Source of the DNA: an uncultured Gammaproteobacteria bacterium
GTDB taxonomy: Bacteria > Patescibacteriota > Patescibacteriia > SBBC01 > CAIJZX01
Direction of reading: 5' to 3'
Length of the DNA: 64,000 nucleotides
Assembly: GCA_964397195.1 (NCBI GenBank)
Contig: CAYNGY010000002.1
Coordinates: 116,012-180,011, forward strand
Shown here: piece after piece, positions 35,185 to 42,733 of the stretch
Layout of the letters: the number at the start of each line of letters is the position of its first letter
How positions within the stretch are numbered: position 1 is the first letter of the stretch
Notes under the pieces: generated by a model
The model's database searches: none
The model's input: only the letters and a program-made list of their open reading frames with translations
What the model was told of the DNA's origin: nothing
Made by a program: the position numbers and the translations under genes

Positions 35185-35601
35185 TTAATAAACATACCAG
35201 CCAGACCCATTACATAAAATCTGTTGTTGTGAAAATGGTATTCCAAAGAATGTATATCCGGTAACCCGTGCCTGATACGGCTTGCTCATTGGCGTGATCT
35301 TTTCATCACCACCAATCATGATGCCAGCACAACGCTGCGCTGTATCTTTTACATCGTCATATCCCGTGTCGTTTGGTGTTAGTTCTTTAATCCAGGCTAC
35401 GCGTCGACGAATTTCGAGACCGTGCTGGATAGGATTCCCGTGGTAACTTGATTCAATGAGCGCATAACGAGCGAATTCTCTCTGATCACCTGTGTATGAC
35501 TTTGCGTTATCGCCAGTGAGCAAGGGAATACCAAGGGCGGCTACAATTCCTACGATAACAAACAACCAGATTGTCTGTGTTCTATTGAATTTCATATACA
35601 T
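35185..35601 (-). CDS. small secreted protein (signal peptide), cassette gene
   Basis: 138 aa, MYMKFNRTQTIWLFVIVGIVAALG... AT-rich. Confidence 0.45.
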   Translation of the reverse strand: MYMKFNRTQTIWLFVIVGIVAALGIPLLTGDNAKSYTGDQREFARYALIESSYHGNPIQHGLEIRRRVAWIKELTPNDTGYDDVKDTAQRCAGIMIGGDEKITPMSKPYQARVTGYTFFGIPFSQQQILCNGSGWYVY

Positions 35602-35837
35602 CTAGGAAAAATATTCGATTGCTCCTAACTCGTTATTATGCGAACTCTGGGGATTGGATACGCCAAGTATCTCACCATTAATCAAGTTTTGCCAGTCTTC
35701 TGGTAGACGTGTTTCGTAGAGATTCAGGGGGGGGCAAAATGACCTGGTCATTTTCGGGTAAGGGCCGCGCTCCTCGATCCCGCTTCGTACGACAAGCCCA
35801 GCCCTTCGATGGGTTTTGTGGGCGGATGAATTTTTCT

Positions 35838-35914
35838 TGGTACCGGGGGGCGGGATCGAACCGCCGACCTCGGGCTTATGAGTCCCGCGCTCTAACCAAC
35901 TGAGCTACCCCGGC
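35838..35914 (-). tRNA. tRNA-Met (anticodon CAT; elongator type, tRNA-Ile2 not excluded)
   Basis: RC reads GCCGGGGTAGCTCAGTTGGTTAGAGCGCGGGACTCATAAGCCCGAGGTCGGCGGTTCGATCCCGCCCCCCGGTACCA. Cloverleaf with D-arm TAGCTCAGTTGGTTAGAGC, anticodon loop CTCATAA, T-loop TTCGATC and an encoded CCA. Confidence 0.8.
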
Positions 35915-36057
35915 AAGATGTTGTATTGTGTTTGTTTTAGTGGGCCTTTTTTATTGTTTCTACCTAGGTTCCGGGGCGTGTCTGTTCCTGCGGAACATGG
36001 ACCCGCCCGTCTCGCCCCGCGAAAACAGAAGCAGTTCTGTTTTCTTGTGGGCTCGAC

Positions 36058-36080
36058 CCAACTGAGCTACCCCGGCAAGA
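36058..36080. repeat. 23-bp direct repeat of the tRNA-Met 5' end (CCAACTGAGCTACCCCGGCAAGA), also present at 35896-35918
   Basis: The two copies match exactly and lie 162 bp apart. The interval between them contains the hairpin AAAACAGAA-GCAG-TTCTGTTTT. Confidence 0.6.
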
Positions 36081-36144
36081 AATGGTTTGACTATGCCCAC
36101 GCAGGGCTTGGCCAATCTACAATTTTTTTCGTTGTGGGTCAAGC

Positions 36145-37494
36145 CTAGAACGAAAAACGTTCATAGTGGATGTGCCGGTCTTCGTATCCGAGGCCTCGGA
36201 GTTGAGTCACCACGGCCTTCATCATCATCGGCGGCCCACACAAGAATACTTCCCGGTCATAGAAGTCTGGGACGAGGCGAACAATCTTTTCTCGGTCAAT
36301 ATATCCCGACTCATACCCAGGGAGTGGAGCATTCAAGAAATACACAATGCGGAAGGCGCCATGTTGCGTGTAGGTGTCGAGCTCGGCGCGGAGGGCAATA
36401 TCTTGTACCGTTCGGTTGGCATAGAGCAGGACCGTATCCCGATCTGTAATGTGCTCGTCGTCGAGCAGCGCCCGGAGCGGGGTAATGCCAATTCCGCCGG
36501 CAATCATTAATATTTTTTTCCGATTCGCCCGGGAGAGAATAAATTGCCCCAATGGGCCGTCAATCAGCACTGGTGTACCCGGGCGGAGTTGTTCGAGCGT
36601 TTTTGTGTAGTCACCGCTGGCCTTCATGGAGAAACGGAGGAAATGGCCATTCGGTCCGGCGGAAAAAGAAAACGGGTGTGACTGCCAGCCGTGGGTGCGG
36701 CTCAGGAAACGAAGATTCGCGTACTGGCCGGGCTTGAAGCCAAAACGATCGAGATGCTTGCCAATAATATAGACCGATGTGACGCCGAGGACTTCCGTCT
36801 GGACATGATCGACCCGAAATTGGTGGAACCAGATGAGCCAGAGTGGTCGAATCCAGCGGTAGATGACGAAACTCCCGCCAACAACGCAGTTGAGGGTTAG
36901 CCAGTAGATCCACGGCCCGCCACTCCGCACATCGCCGGTGTGCAATTGATGGAGGAAGATGAGTCCAACTGCGACATACGTCAGGAGATGGACGAAATAC
37001 CAGGTCTCGTACGGAACTTTTTTTCGGACAATAACTATGGAACTCAAAATGACGACGATCAGGAGAACCGATCCGAGGTAGGAGTTAAAAACGTGCTCGC
37101 GGTTGGTGAGGTAATCGACGAACTGGCCGATGAGCGATGATCCGTTAGACCTCGCTGTGCCGTAGGTCAGTAAAAAAGGATGAGCAATCATCAGTGAGGC
37201 GATGGTGTACCCGATCCAGCGGTGAACAGCATTCAGCTTATCGAACCCAAATGGTCGCTCGATGAACGGCGCTCGGCCGATGAAGAGCAGTTGCAGGAGT
37301 AAGGCAAATTGTCCGAGCAGTCCGGTGAGTCGGCCAAAGGCAAACCAGATATTTCCGTCGCCCGGGTTGTCGAGATAATACGCCGATCCAGTCTGCCAAA
37401 TCCAGATGATTGCTAAAACATTCGCCGCCAATATACTGACGACCGCATACTGAGCGAGTGAGTGGCGATTTGGCCAGCGGAAATAGATGGTCAT
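36145..37494 (-). CDS. ferric-reductase-like transmembrane flavocytochrome (FRE domain + FAD-binding + NAD(P)-binding)
   Basis: 449 aa. N-terminal 6-TM region with paired His, then a ferredoxin-reductase-type FAD/NAD domain (HPFSF, GGIGITP). Confidence 0.75.
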   Translation of the reverse strand: MTIYFRWPNRHSLAQYAVVSILAANVLAIIWIWQTGSAYYLDNPGDGNIWFAFGRLTGLLGQFALLLQLLFIGRAPFIERPFGFDKLNAVHRWIGYTIASLMIAHPFLLTYGTARSNGSSLIGQFVDYLTNREHVFNSYLGSVLLIVVILSSIVIVRKKVPYETWYFVHLLTYVAVGLIFLHQLHTGDVRSGGPWIYWLTLNCVVGGSFVIYRWIRPLWLIWFHQFRVDHVQTEVLGVTSVYIIGKHLDRFGFKPGQYANLRFLSRTHGWQSHPFSFSAGPNGHFLRFSMKASGDYTKTLEQLRPGTPVLIDGPLGQFILSRANRKKILMIAGGIGITPLRALLDDEHITDRDTVLLYANRTVQDIALRAELDTYTQHGAFRIVYFLNAPLPGYESGYIDREKIVRLVPDFYDREVFLCGPPMMMKAVVTQLRGLGYEDRHIHYERFSF

Positions 37495-37997
37495 GGTCGT
37501 TCGAGCGCGATACGGGCGACGGATGGCGTTTCGATGCCGGGCTCAAAAATCAAATGAAGCCCGCGGGCGTCGGATGGAATCAAGAAGGAAAGTTCTTCTT
37601 GAAGACTATCGCCATCGAGTAATGGACCGGAGAGCTGAGTCGAGCCAGATGGGTTGGTGGTTACATCGTAGACCCGTCCGCGATCATCTTTGGCATGAAA
37701 ATGGAGGAGCGGAATGACCTGGATCGTGTGGCCTGTATTATTTCCTAAAAACACTGTGGTCACGAGGTATACGTGGTCGGCTGGGGCGACGATGGGGCTG
37801 GCGCCGGGTGTTCGTTTTGCATCGAGAGCGCGCAAGGCCACACGGTCAATCATGACCGTATCTCCGAGTGTGGCCGTGGCCGATTGAAAATGGAATGTCG
37901 GTTGACCCGGCCAGAAATATATTGCTGCCAACGTCATGCCCGCGGTTACGACGGCGGTGATCAGGACGGTGATAAAGGTGGCGTGGCGCGTCGTCAT
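37491..37997 (-). CDS. membrane-anchored DUF4352-like Ig-fold protein
   Basis: N-terminal TM helix. YLVTTVFLGNNTGHTIQV...LHFHAKDDRGRVY resembles DUF4352. ATGA overlap with the FRE gene. Confidence 0.35.
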   Translation of the reverse strand: MTTRHATFITVLITAVVTAGMTLAAIYFWPGQPTFHFQSATATLGDTVMIDRVALRALDAKRTPGASPIVAPADHVYLVTTVFLGNNTGHTIQVIPLLHFHAKDDRGRVYDVTTNPSGSTQLSGPLLDGDSLQEELSFLIPSDARGLHLIFEPGIETPSVARIALERP

Positions 37998-38000
37998 GAC

Positions 38001-38966
38001 TTATGGTGCGAATGGGCCAATGTAGTAGGCTTGGAGCGTTGTATTGAGTGCTTTGCTGGAGTGGGAATGGCCACCGGCTGACCCAATAAACGCGCTGTAC
38101 ATATTCTTGCCACAGTATGGAACGATGACGTCGCCTCCGGGGTGTTGGCTTGGCTTACTGACGTAGGCGGTGACGTTGTAGACCTTATTGAGCGGGCTGA
38201 GGTAGACCCAGCAATTGCTCCGGGTGCTATGCGCCGCCACGTCTGCCGTTGTGCATGATCCGCCTTGACCACACGCGGGTGGTGTTGGGGTTGGCGTGGG
38301 TGTTGGGGTTGGTGGTGGGGCGGTATTGGTGTTGGCTGGCGGCGTACTGGTATTCGTTGGTGTGCTGGGCGTATGTGTGGTTGGTGAGGAAGGATTGGAA
38401 TTCGTTGGGGTGTTGGCGGTTGGTTTGGCGGTATTTTTATTTGGGGTGCTTGTTTTTGTGTTGGTGTTTTTGGTTGGCGTTGTCGGTTTGGTAGGAGTCG
38501 GAGTTGGCGTGGTGGCGACTTGTGTCGGGGTGGTCGCGGAAACAGATATTGGATCAGATGCGGCAACGTTCAATGAATTGACGGTGGTGACGGTGTAGAC
38601 GTAGGTGGTGCTGGGGAGCAATACGAAGTCGATAAACTGGGTTCCGTAGACCACGCCAATAAATGTGTCATTGCGGGTGATCGCATATCCGTGGGCCCCG
38701 ACGACGGCGTCCCAGCTCACCGTCACGTCGGTACCAGTGACAGACGTGGTGACGTTTGCTGGTGAGGACAGGAGAACCGACGGAGTGCTATTGGTGTTTA
38801 CACTGGCGTTGGTGACCGTGGTCTCGTTGGTAGTCGTGTTAGTTGGGGCGATCGTTTCGATCGAGAGCGAGTGCGCATTCGGCCATCGTCCCGGACCTTC
38901 ATGCTTGAGCCACCAACCAAAAACCACCAGCGAGGAGCAGATAATGAAAACAATAATAATTCTCAT
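38001..38966 (-). CDS. secreted FN3 domain protein with Thr/Pro-rich linker and C-terminal cytochrome b5-like heme-binding domain
   Basis: Signal/TM, then an FN3-like TGTDVTVSWDAVVGAHGYAITRN, a TPTPTP low-complexity linker, and the C-terminal cyt b5 signature ...SQHPGGDVIVPYCGKNMYSAFIGSAGGHSHS (HPGG plus a second His). Confidence 0.7.
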   Translation of the reverse strand: MRIIIVFIICSSLVVFGWWLKHEGPGRWPNAHSLSIETIAPTNTTTNETTVTNASVNTNSTPSVLLSSPANVTTSVTGTDVTVSWDAVVGAHGYAITRNDTFIGVVYGTQFIDFVLLPSTTYVYTVTTVNSLNVAASDPISVSATTPTQVATTPTPTPTKPTTPTKNTNTKTSTPNKNTAKPTANTPTNSNPSSPTTHTPSTPTNTSTPPANTNTAPPPTPTPTPTPTPPACGQGGSCTTADVAAHSTRSNCWVYLSPLNKVYNVTAYVSKPSQHPGGDVIVPYCGKNMYSAFIGSAGGHSHSSKALNTTLQAYYIGPFAP

Positions 38967-39868
38967 GGGGCGGTGACGGTGATTGTGCCGGTCTGGGTCG
39001 AGCCATCGCTTTTTTTGTAGGTGTACGTTCCAACGGATGAGAAGGTCACGGTTTTACTGGTGTGATCATGATCGAGCTTAACCGACGTGCTGATGCTCGG
39101 AGTGAAGCGGAGAATAACCTCGTCGCCCTCGCCACTGGTGTAGGTAAAGGTGACGGTATCGGTGGGGTGAATCGTTAGAGACAATGGCGTGAAGACTCCA
39201 TGTTCGGTGACGGTGACCACATAGTTCTGTGGTGTATATGGGGTGGTATTGGTATTCGTCGTGGTGTTCGTATTGGTCGGGACGCTTGGAGCGGGAGCCG
39301 AGTTTGTGTTCTCATTTGTGGTTGGGGTAGTGTTTGTTGGGGCCGCGGTATTCGTATTTGTCTGCGTATTGGAATTCTTGGGAGCGGCGTTCTTGTTGGT
39401 CGTTTTCGTGGGCACCGACGCGGGTTTGGGAGTGACGACGGCGACCGGGTTTTTGATCGTGATGAGAATAAAGTTGGACGGTTGCGAAAACCGACCTAAA
39501 CCATCAATGGCTTGGATGTAATACCCATATTGCCGACTCGCAAGAACGAAGCCATCGGCAAAACGAGGTTCGGTGACTTCAGCGATCAGGAGGTTGTTGC
39601 GGACGACTCGATAACGTTTCACTTCGGGGTTACTGGAGGCATCCCAGGTGAGAAAGACGGTGTGGGGGAGCGTGGTCGTTCCGGAAAGATGTGTTGGGGC
39701 CGGAAGTGGGCTTGTAGCGGCGGTCAATACTTCAGCCGGCGGCGGTGTCGGCGTATTGAGGCCAACTTCGCTAACGACAACGGGCGTTCGCGTCCGTTGT
39801 GGCCACAATGCCGCGACGCCGGTAAAGAGCGAGACGGCCACGAGGGCATAAAACAAGTTTATTTTCAT
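38963..39868 (-). CDS. secreted FN3 domain protein with Thr/Asn-rich linker and C-terminal cupredoxin-like domain (ligands not conserved)
   Basis: Signal peptide, an FN3-like TVFLTWDASSNPEVKRYRVVRNN, and a TNTNT linker. The C-terminal beta-sandwich resembles the cupredoxin fold (F.P..L.I...DTV.F) but lacks the Cys/His/Met copper ligands. Confidence 0.5.
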   Translation of the reverse strand: MKINLFYALVAVSLFTGVAALWPQRTRTPVVVSEVGLNTPTPPPAEVLTAATSPLPAPTHLSGTTTLPHTVFLTWDASSNPEVKRYRVVRNNLLIAEVTEPRFADGFVLASRQYGYYIQAIDGLGRFSQPSNFILITIKNPVAVVTPKPASVPTKTTNKNAAPKNSNTQTNTNTAAPTNTTPTTNENTNSAPAPSVPTNTNTTTNTNTTPYTPQNYVVTVTEHGVFTPLSLTIHPTDTVTFTYTSGEGDEVILRFTPSISTSVKLDHDHTSKTVTFSSVGTYTYKKSDGSTQTGTITVTAP

Positions 39869-39973
39869 ACCAAAAACAGGATGTTATCGCCAGCGACTAT
39901 ACCATATTCTGGCTGGGAATTAAATGGACACGCCCTGAAAACAAAAACACCCCACGGTTTAGTGAGATCCTTT

Positions 39974-40048
39974 TGGTTGCGGGGGTGGGAATTGAACCCA
40001 CTACCTGCGGATTATGAGCCCGCCATGCAGCCGTTACACTTCCCCGCG
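39974..40048 (-). tRNA. initiator tRNA-fMet (CAT)
   Basis: RC reads CGCGGGGAAGTGTAACGGCTGCATGGCGGGCTCATAATCCGCAGGTAGTGGGTTCAATTCCCACCCCCGCAACCA. C1-A72 mismatch, G-C-rich anticodon stem, and the same ends as E. coli tRNA-fMet (CGCGGGG...CCCCGCAACCA). Confidence 0.75.
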
Positions 40049-40070
40049 GGATATGTTTACCCTATTCGGG

Positions 40071-40766
40071 CTATTTTGGCAAGTCCGCTGTTTCCGCGCT
40101 GGCCGCGTCGACCAAGTGCTCTAGGTCGTTGATGACTATGGTCGTCAACGATTCCGTGATGATATCCGGCTGTTGTTGAAGGTCTTGTCGGGCGTGTGGG
40201 CCAAGTCCGAGCGTATGCATTCCGGCTGCCTTCGCTGCGCACACGCCGGCTAAACCATCTTCGATGACGATACATCGATTCGGCCTGACCCCGAGATGTT
40301 CGGCGGCGGCGAGATATCCTTCGGGGTCTGGTTTCCCGCGCCGAACGTCATCCGCGCCGATGATGATTTGGACATAATGGTCGATGCCGAGCAGTTTCAA
40401 AATCGTTTCGACGGCGGTGTGACGCGAGGCTGAAACCACGGCGATTGACCAGCCGTGCCGAGCGCCACTCAACAAGAGCTCCCGACCGCCGGGGATGGCA
40501 TCAGCGCGACGGGGGAGTTGGCGCAAAAACTCCTCCCATTTTTCAGTAATGGCATGTTGAATGTCGAGCGGTTGGCCATGTTCATCGGCGAGCGTCGAGA
40601 ACCATTCTTCGTTTTTGACCCCCGAAAAGCGGCGCGAAATTTCTTGGGGCTCAATCGTAATCCCATGTCGGGCCAAAACGGTTGATTCGACTTCCGCGTG
40701 TAAAGACTGGGTGTCGGAGAGGACACCATCGAGGTCGAAGAGAAGCGCGCGACCGGAAGAAGACAT
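40071..40766 (-). CDS. HAD-superfamily hydrolase, subfamily IA (beta-phosphoglucomutase-like)
   Basis: Motif I LLFDLDGVLSDT and motif IV GADDV. The start was trimmed to the ATG at 40766, because the track ORF runs through tRNA-Leu. Confidence 0.75.
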   Translation of the reverse strand: MSSSGRALLFDLDGVLSDTQSLHAEVESTVLARHGITIEPQEISRRFSGVKNEEWFSTLADEHGQPLDIQHAITEKWEEFLRQLPRRADAIPGGRELLLSGARHGWSIAVVSASRHTAVETILKLLGIDHYVQIIIGADDVRRGKPDPEGYLAAAEHLGVRPNRCIVIEDGLAGVCAAKAAGMHTLGLGPHARQDLQQQPDIITESLTTIVINDLEHLVDAASAETADLPK

Positions 40767-40784
40767 GTGATGATAATAGGTGTT

Positions 40785-40870
40785 TGGTGCCGGAGAAGGG
40801 AGTCGAACCCTTAATCCCTTACGGGAACGCGATTTTGAGTCGCGCGCGTATGCCATTCCGCCACTCCGGC
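40785..40870 (-). tRNA. tRNA-Leu (anticodon CAA)
   Basis: RC reads GCCGGAGTGGCGGAATGGCATACGCGCGCGACTCAAAATCGCGTTCCCGTAAGGGATTAAGGGTTCGACTCCCTTCTCCGGCACCA. Long variable arm, anticodon loop CTCAAAA. Confidence 0.8.
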
Positions 40871-40961
40871 GTCGCGCCACTGAGTAAAGCATGGACAGAA
40901 AAACTGGTCAACGGCTATTTTGCGACCGAGGGTAAAAAATGGTATACTCAGCGGGCTTTTT

Positions 40962-41738
40962 ATGGCGCGCGTCATTGCTATCGTCAATCAAAAAGGTGGT
41001 GTTGGGAAGACGACCACGGCCATCAATCTCGGCGCCTATTTAGCGCGGATGGGACAGCGGGTACTGCTGATCGATCTCGACCCCCAAGCGAATGCCACCA
41101 GCGGGCTAGGCGTTGATCATCGGAAGCTCGAAAAGGGGATTTACGAGGTGCTGGTGAGTCCGACGCGCTTGCAGGATGTCATTGTCGGGACACCGATTGA
41201 CCGACTGCATCTGGCACCGGCGACGGTGGCGCTCGCGGGAGCATCTGTTGAGCTCGTACCGCTCGAACGTCGTGAATGGTTGCTCCGCGATAACCTGCGT
41301 GACTTGCTGGATCGGTATGACTATGTGCTGATTGATGCGCCGCCGACGCTCGGTCTCCTGACAATTAACAGCTTAGTGGCCGCCGATGAAGTCTTGATTC
41401 CGGTTCAATCAGAATACTACTCACTCGAGGGCCTCGGACAACTCTTGGAGACCGTCGATCTCGTCAAAGAGAATTTACATAGTGATCTCCAGATGCTCGG
41501 GGTGGTACTAACGATGTTTGATCCGCAATTTCGATTGTCTGACGCGGTGTTAACCGAGTTGTATAAATACGTGCCGAGCCATCAAATTTTTCGCTCGGTC
41601 ATTCCACGGAATATCCGGCTGGCCGAAGCCCCATCGTATGGACAAACCATTGCCGAATACGATCCGTACTCTGCTGGTGCGAAAGCATATAAAAAACTAG
41701 CCAAAGAAGTTCACTTAAAACCAACATCGCATGACTGA
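40962..41738 (+). CDS. parA: chromosome partitioning ATPase ParA/Soj
   Basis: Deviant Walker A KGGVGKTTTAINLGA. TATACT at 40943-40948 is a candidate -10. Confidence 0.9.
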   Translation: MARVIAIVNQKGGVGKTTTAINLGAYLARMGQRVLLIDLDPQANATSGLGVDHRKLEKGIYEVLVSPTRLQDVIVGTPIDRLHLAPATVALAGASVELVPLERREWLLRDNLRDLLDRYDYVLIDAPPTLGLLTINSLVAADEVLIPVQSEYYSLEGLGQLLETVDLVKENLHSDLQMLGVVLTMFDPQFRLSDAVLTELYKYVPSHQIFRSVIPRNIRLAEAPSYGQTIAEYDPYSAGAKAYKKLAKEVHLKPTSHD

Positions 41739-42726
41739 CCATCCGCTCGGCCGGGGTCTCGGGTCGTTGATTCCACCCCGAGCTCGTCCGATTTCACCTC
41801 CTCCATCGGCGCCCCTGACGCCACCGCCGGCGCCGCGGATTGTCACGGAACCTATTTCGGTTTCACCGAACCCGGTGGCACCGGTGGCTATGCCGATCGT
41901 CAAACAGGCACCGACAGCTCCGCTGCCGACGGTCTCGCGTCGCGAAGGGCGCGCCGCCCCGCGGTTGCTTGATATTCCGATCGACTTGGTCGATCCAAAT
42001 CCTCATCAGCCGCGCCGCTCGTTTGAGCCGGAGGCGCTTGAAGACCTGGTCCGCTCCATTCGTCAGCACGGAATTATTCAGCCGCTGGTGGTGACGCGGA
42101 ATGGAGAGCGATTCGAACTTATCGCCGGTGAGCGACGACTACGGGCCTCAAAACTTCTCGGTCTGACGACGGTGCCGGCCATTGTTCGTGAAACCCATGA
42201 ACTCGAGCAATTGGAATTGGCGATTGTCGAGAATGTCCAACGACAAGATTTGAACCCAGTCGAAGAGTCGCTCGCTTATCAGCAGCTGCTCGATGAATTT
42301 GGGATGACCCAAGAAGAGGTCGCGCAAAAAGTTGGTAAATCCCGAACGACGGTGGCGAATGCCTTACGACTCCTGACCTTGCCGCCGGAAATGCTGAGTG
42401 CCCTGCGCGATGGAAAAATTACGGCGAGTCACGGCAAGGTCTTACTCTCGGCGGTTACGCCCCATGAGCGTGAAAAATTGTATCGGCAGATTATTGATGA
42501 TCAGTTACCCGTGCGGGCCGCCGGATCGATTGGACGGGCCACGACCGTGCGTCGCCATGTACGCCGAAAAACGGACCCGCTTATTATTGCGGCCGAGGAT
42601 GAACTTCGAAATCATTTTGGAACAAAAGTCACTATTTCTAAACGCGATGAACGCGGATCGGTCAGTATCGAGTTTTACTCGGAAGAAGAGTATCTCGCAC
42701 TCCTGAATCGACTGCGCTCGCTCTAA
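41731..42726 (+). CDS. parB: chromosome partitioning protein ParB/Spo0J
   Basis: ParB box GERRLRASKLLGL, an HTH, and a Pro-rich N-terminal extension. Confidence 0.85.
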   Translation: MTDHPLGRGLGSLIPPRARPISPPPSAPLTPPPAPRIVTEPISVSPNPVAPVAMPIVKQAPTAPLPTVSRREGRAAPRLLDIPIDLVDPNPHQPRRSFEPEALEDLVRSIRQHGIIQPLVVTRNGERFELIAGERRLRASKLLGLTTVPAIVRETHELEQLELAIVENVQRQDLNPVEESLAYQQLLDEFGMTQEEVAQKVGKSRTTVANALRLLTLPPEMLSALRDGKITASHGKVLLSAVTPHEREKLYRQIIDDQLPVRAAGSIGRATTVRRHVRRKTDPLIIAAEDELRNHFGTKVTISKRDERGSVSIEFYSEEEYLALLNRLRSL

Positions 42727-42733
42727 TCGTTGT

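Larger units (their letters stand above)
31433..35640 (-). mobile_element. integron-like gene cassette array without integrase (CALIN-like)
   Basis: Five or six co-oriented minus-strand ORFs, each followed by an imperfect palindromic repeat with GCCTAAC/GTTAGGC-type ends. The inferred cassettes are 35601-35185, 35093-34743, 34550-33810, 33442-32022 (two genes), and possibly the DUF2200 gene; gene starts abut the preceding repeat. Cargo is AT-rich versus the host. A GTTAGGA core lies at 35628-35634(RC) upstream of the first cassette. No tyrosine recombinase is in the window. Confidence 0.5.

Noticed and set aside
36087-36510. Plus-strand ORFs 36087..36449 and 36166..36510.
   Set aside because: They are antisense to the well-supported ferric-reductase gene, show no domain-like sequence, and overlap the tRNA-duplication region.
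38249-38976. Plus-strand ORFs 38249..38494, 38296..38598 and 38665..38976, rich in V/G/L/W.
   Set aside because: They are antisense to the Thr/Pro-rich linker of the FN3-cytochrome b5 gene; their low-complexity translations are artefacts of the repeat DNA.
40071-40892. The track ORF for the HAD hydrolase extends to 40892.
   Set aside because: The extension runs through a well-formed tRNA-Leu (40785-40870). The conserved HAD motif I begins right after the internal ATG at 40766, so I trimmed the CDS.
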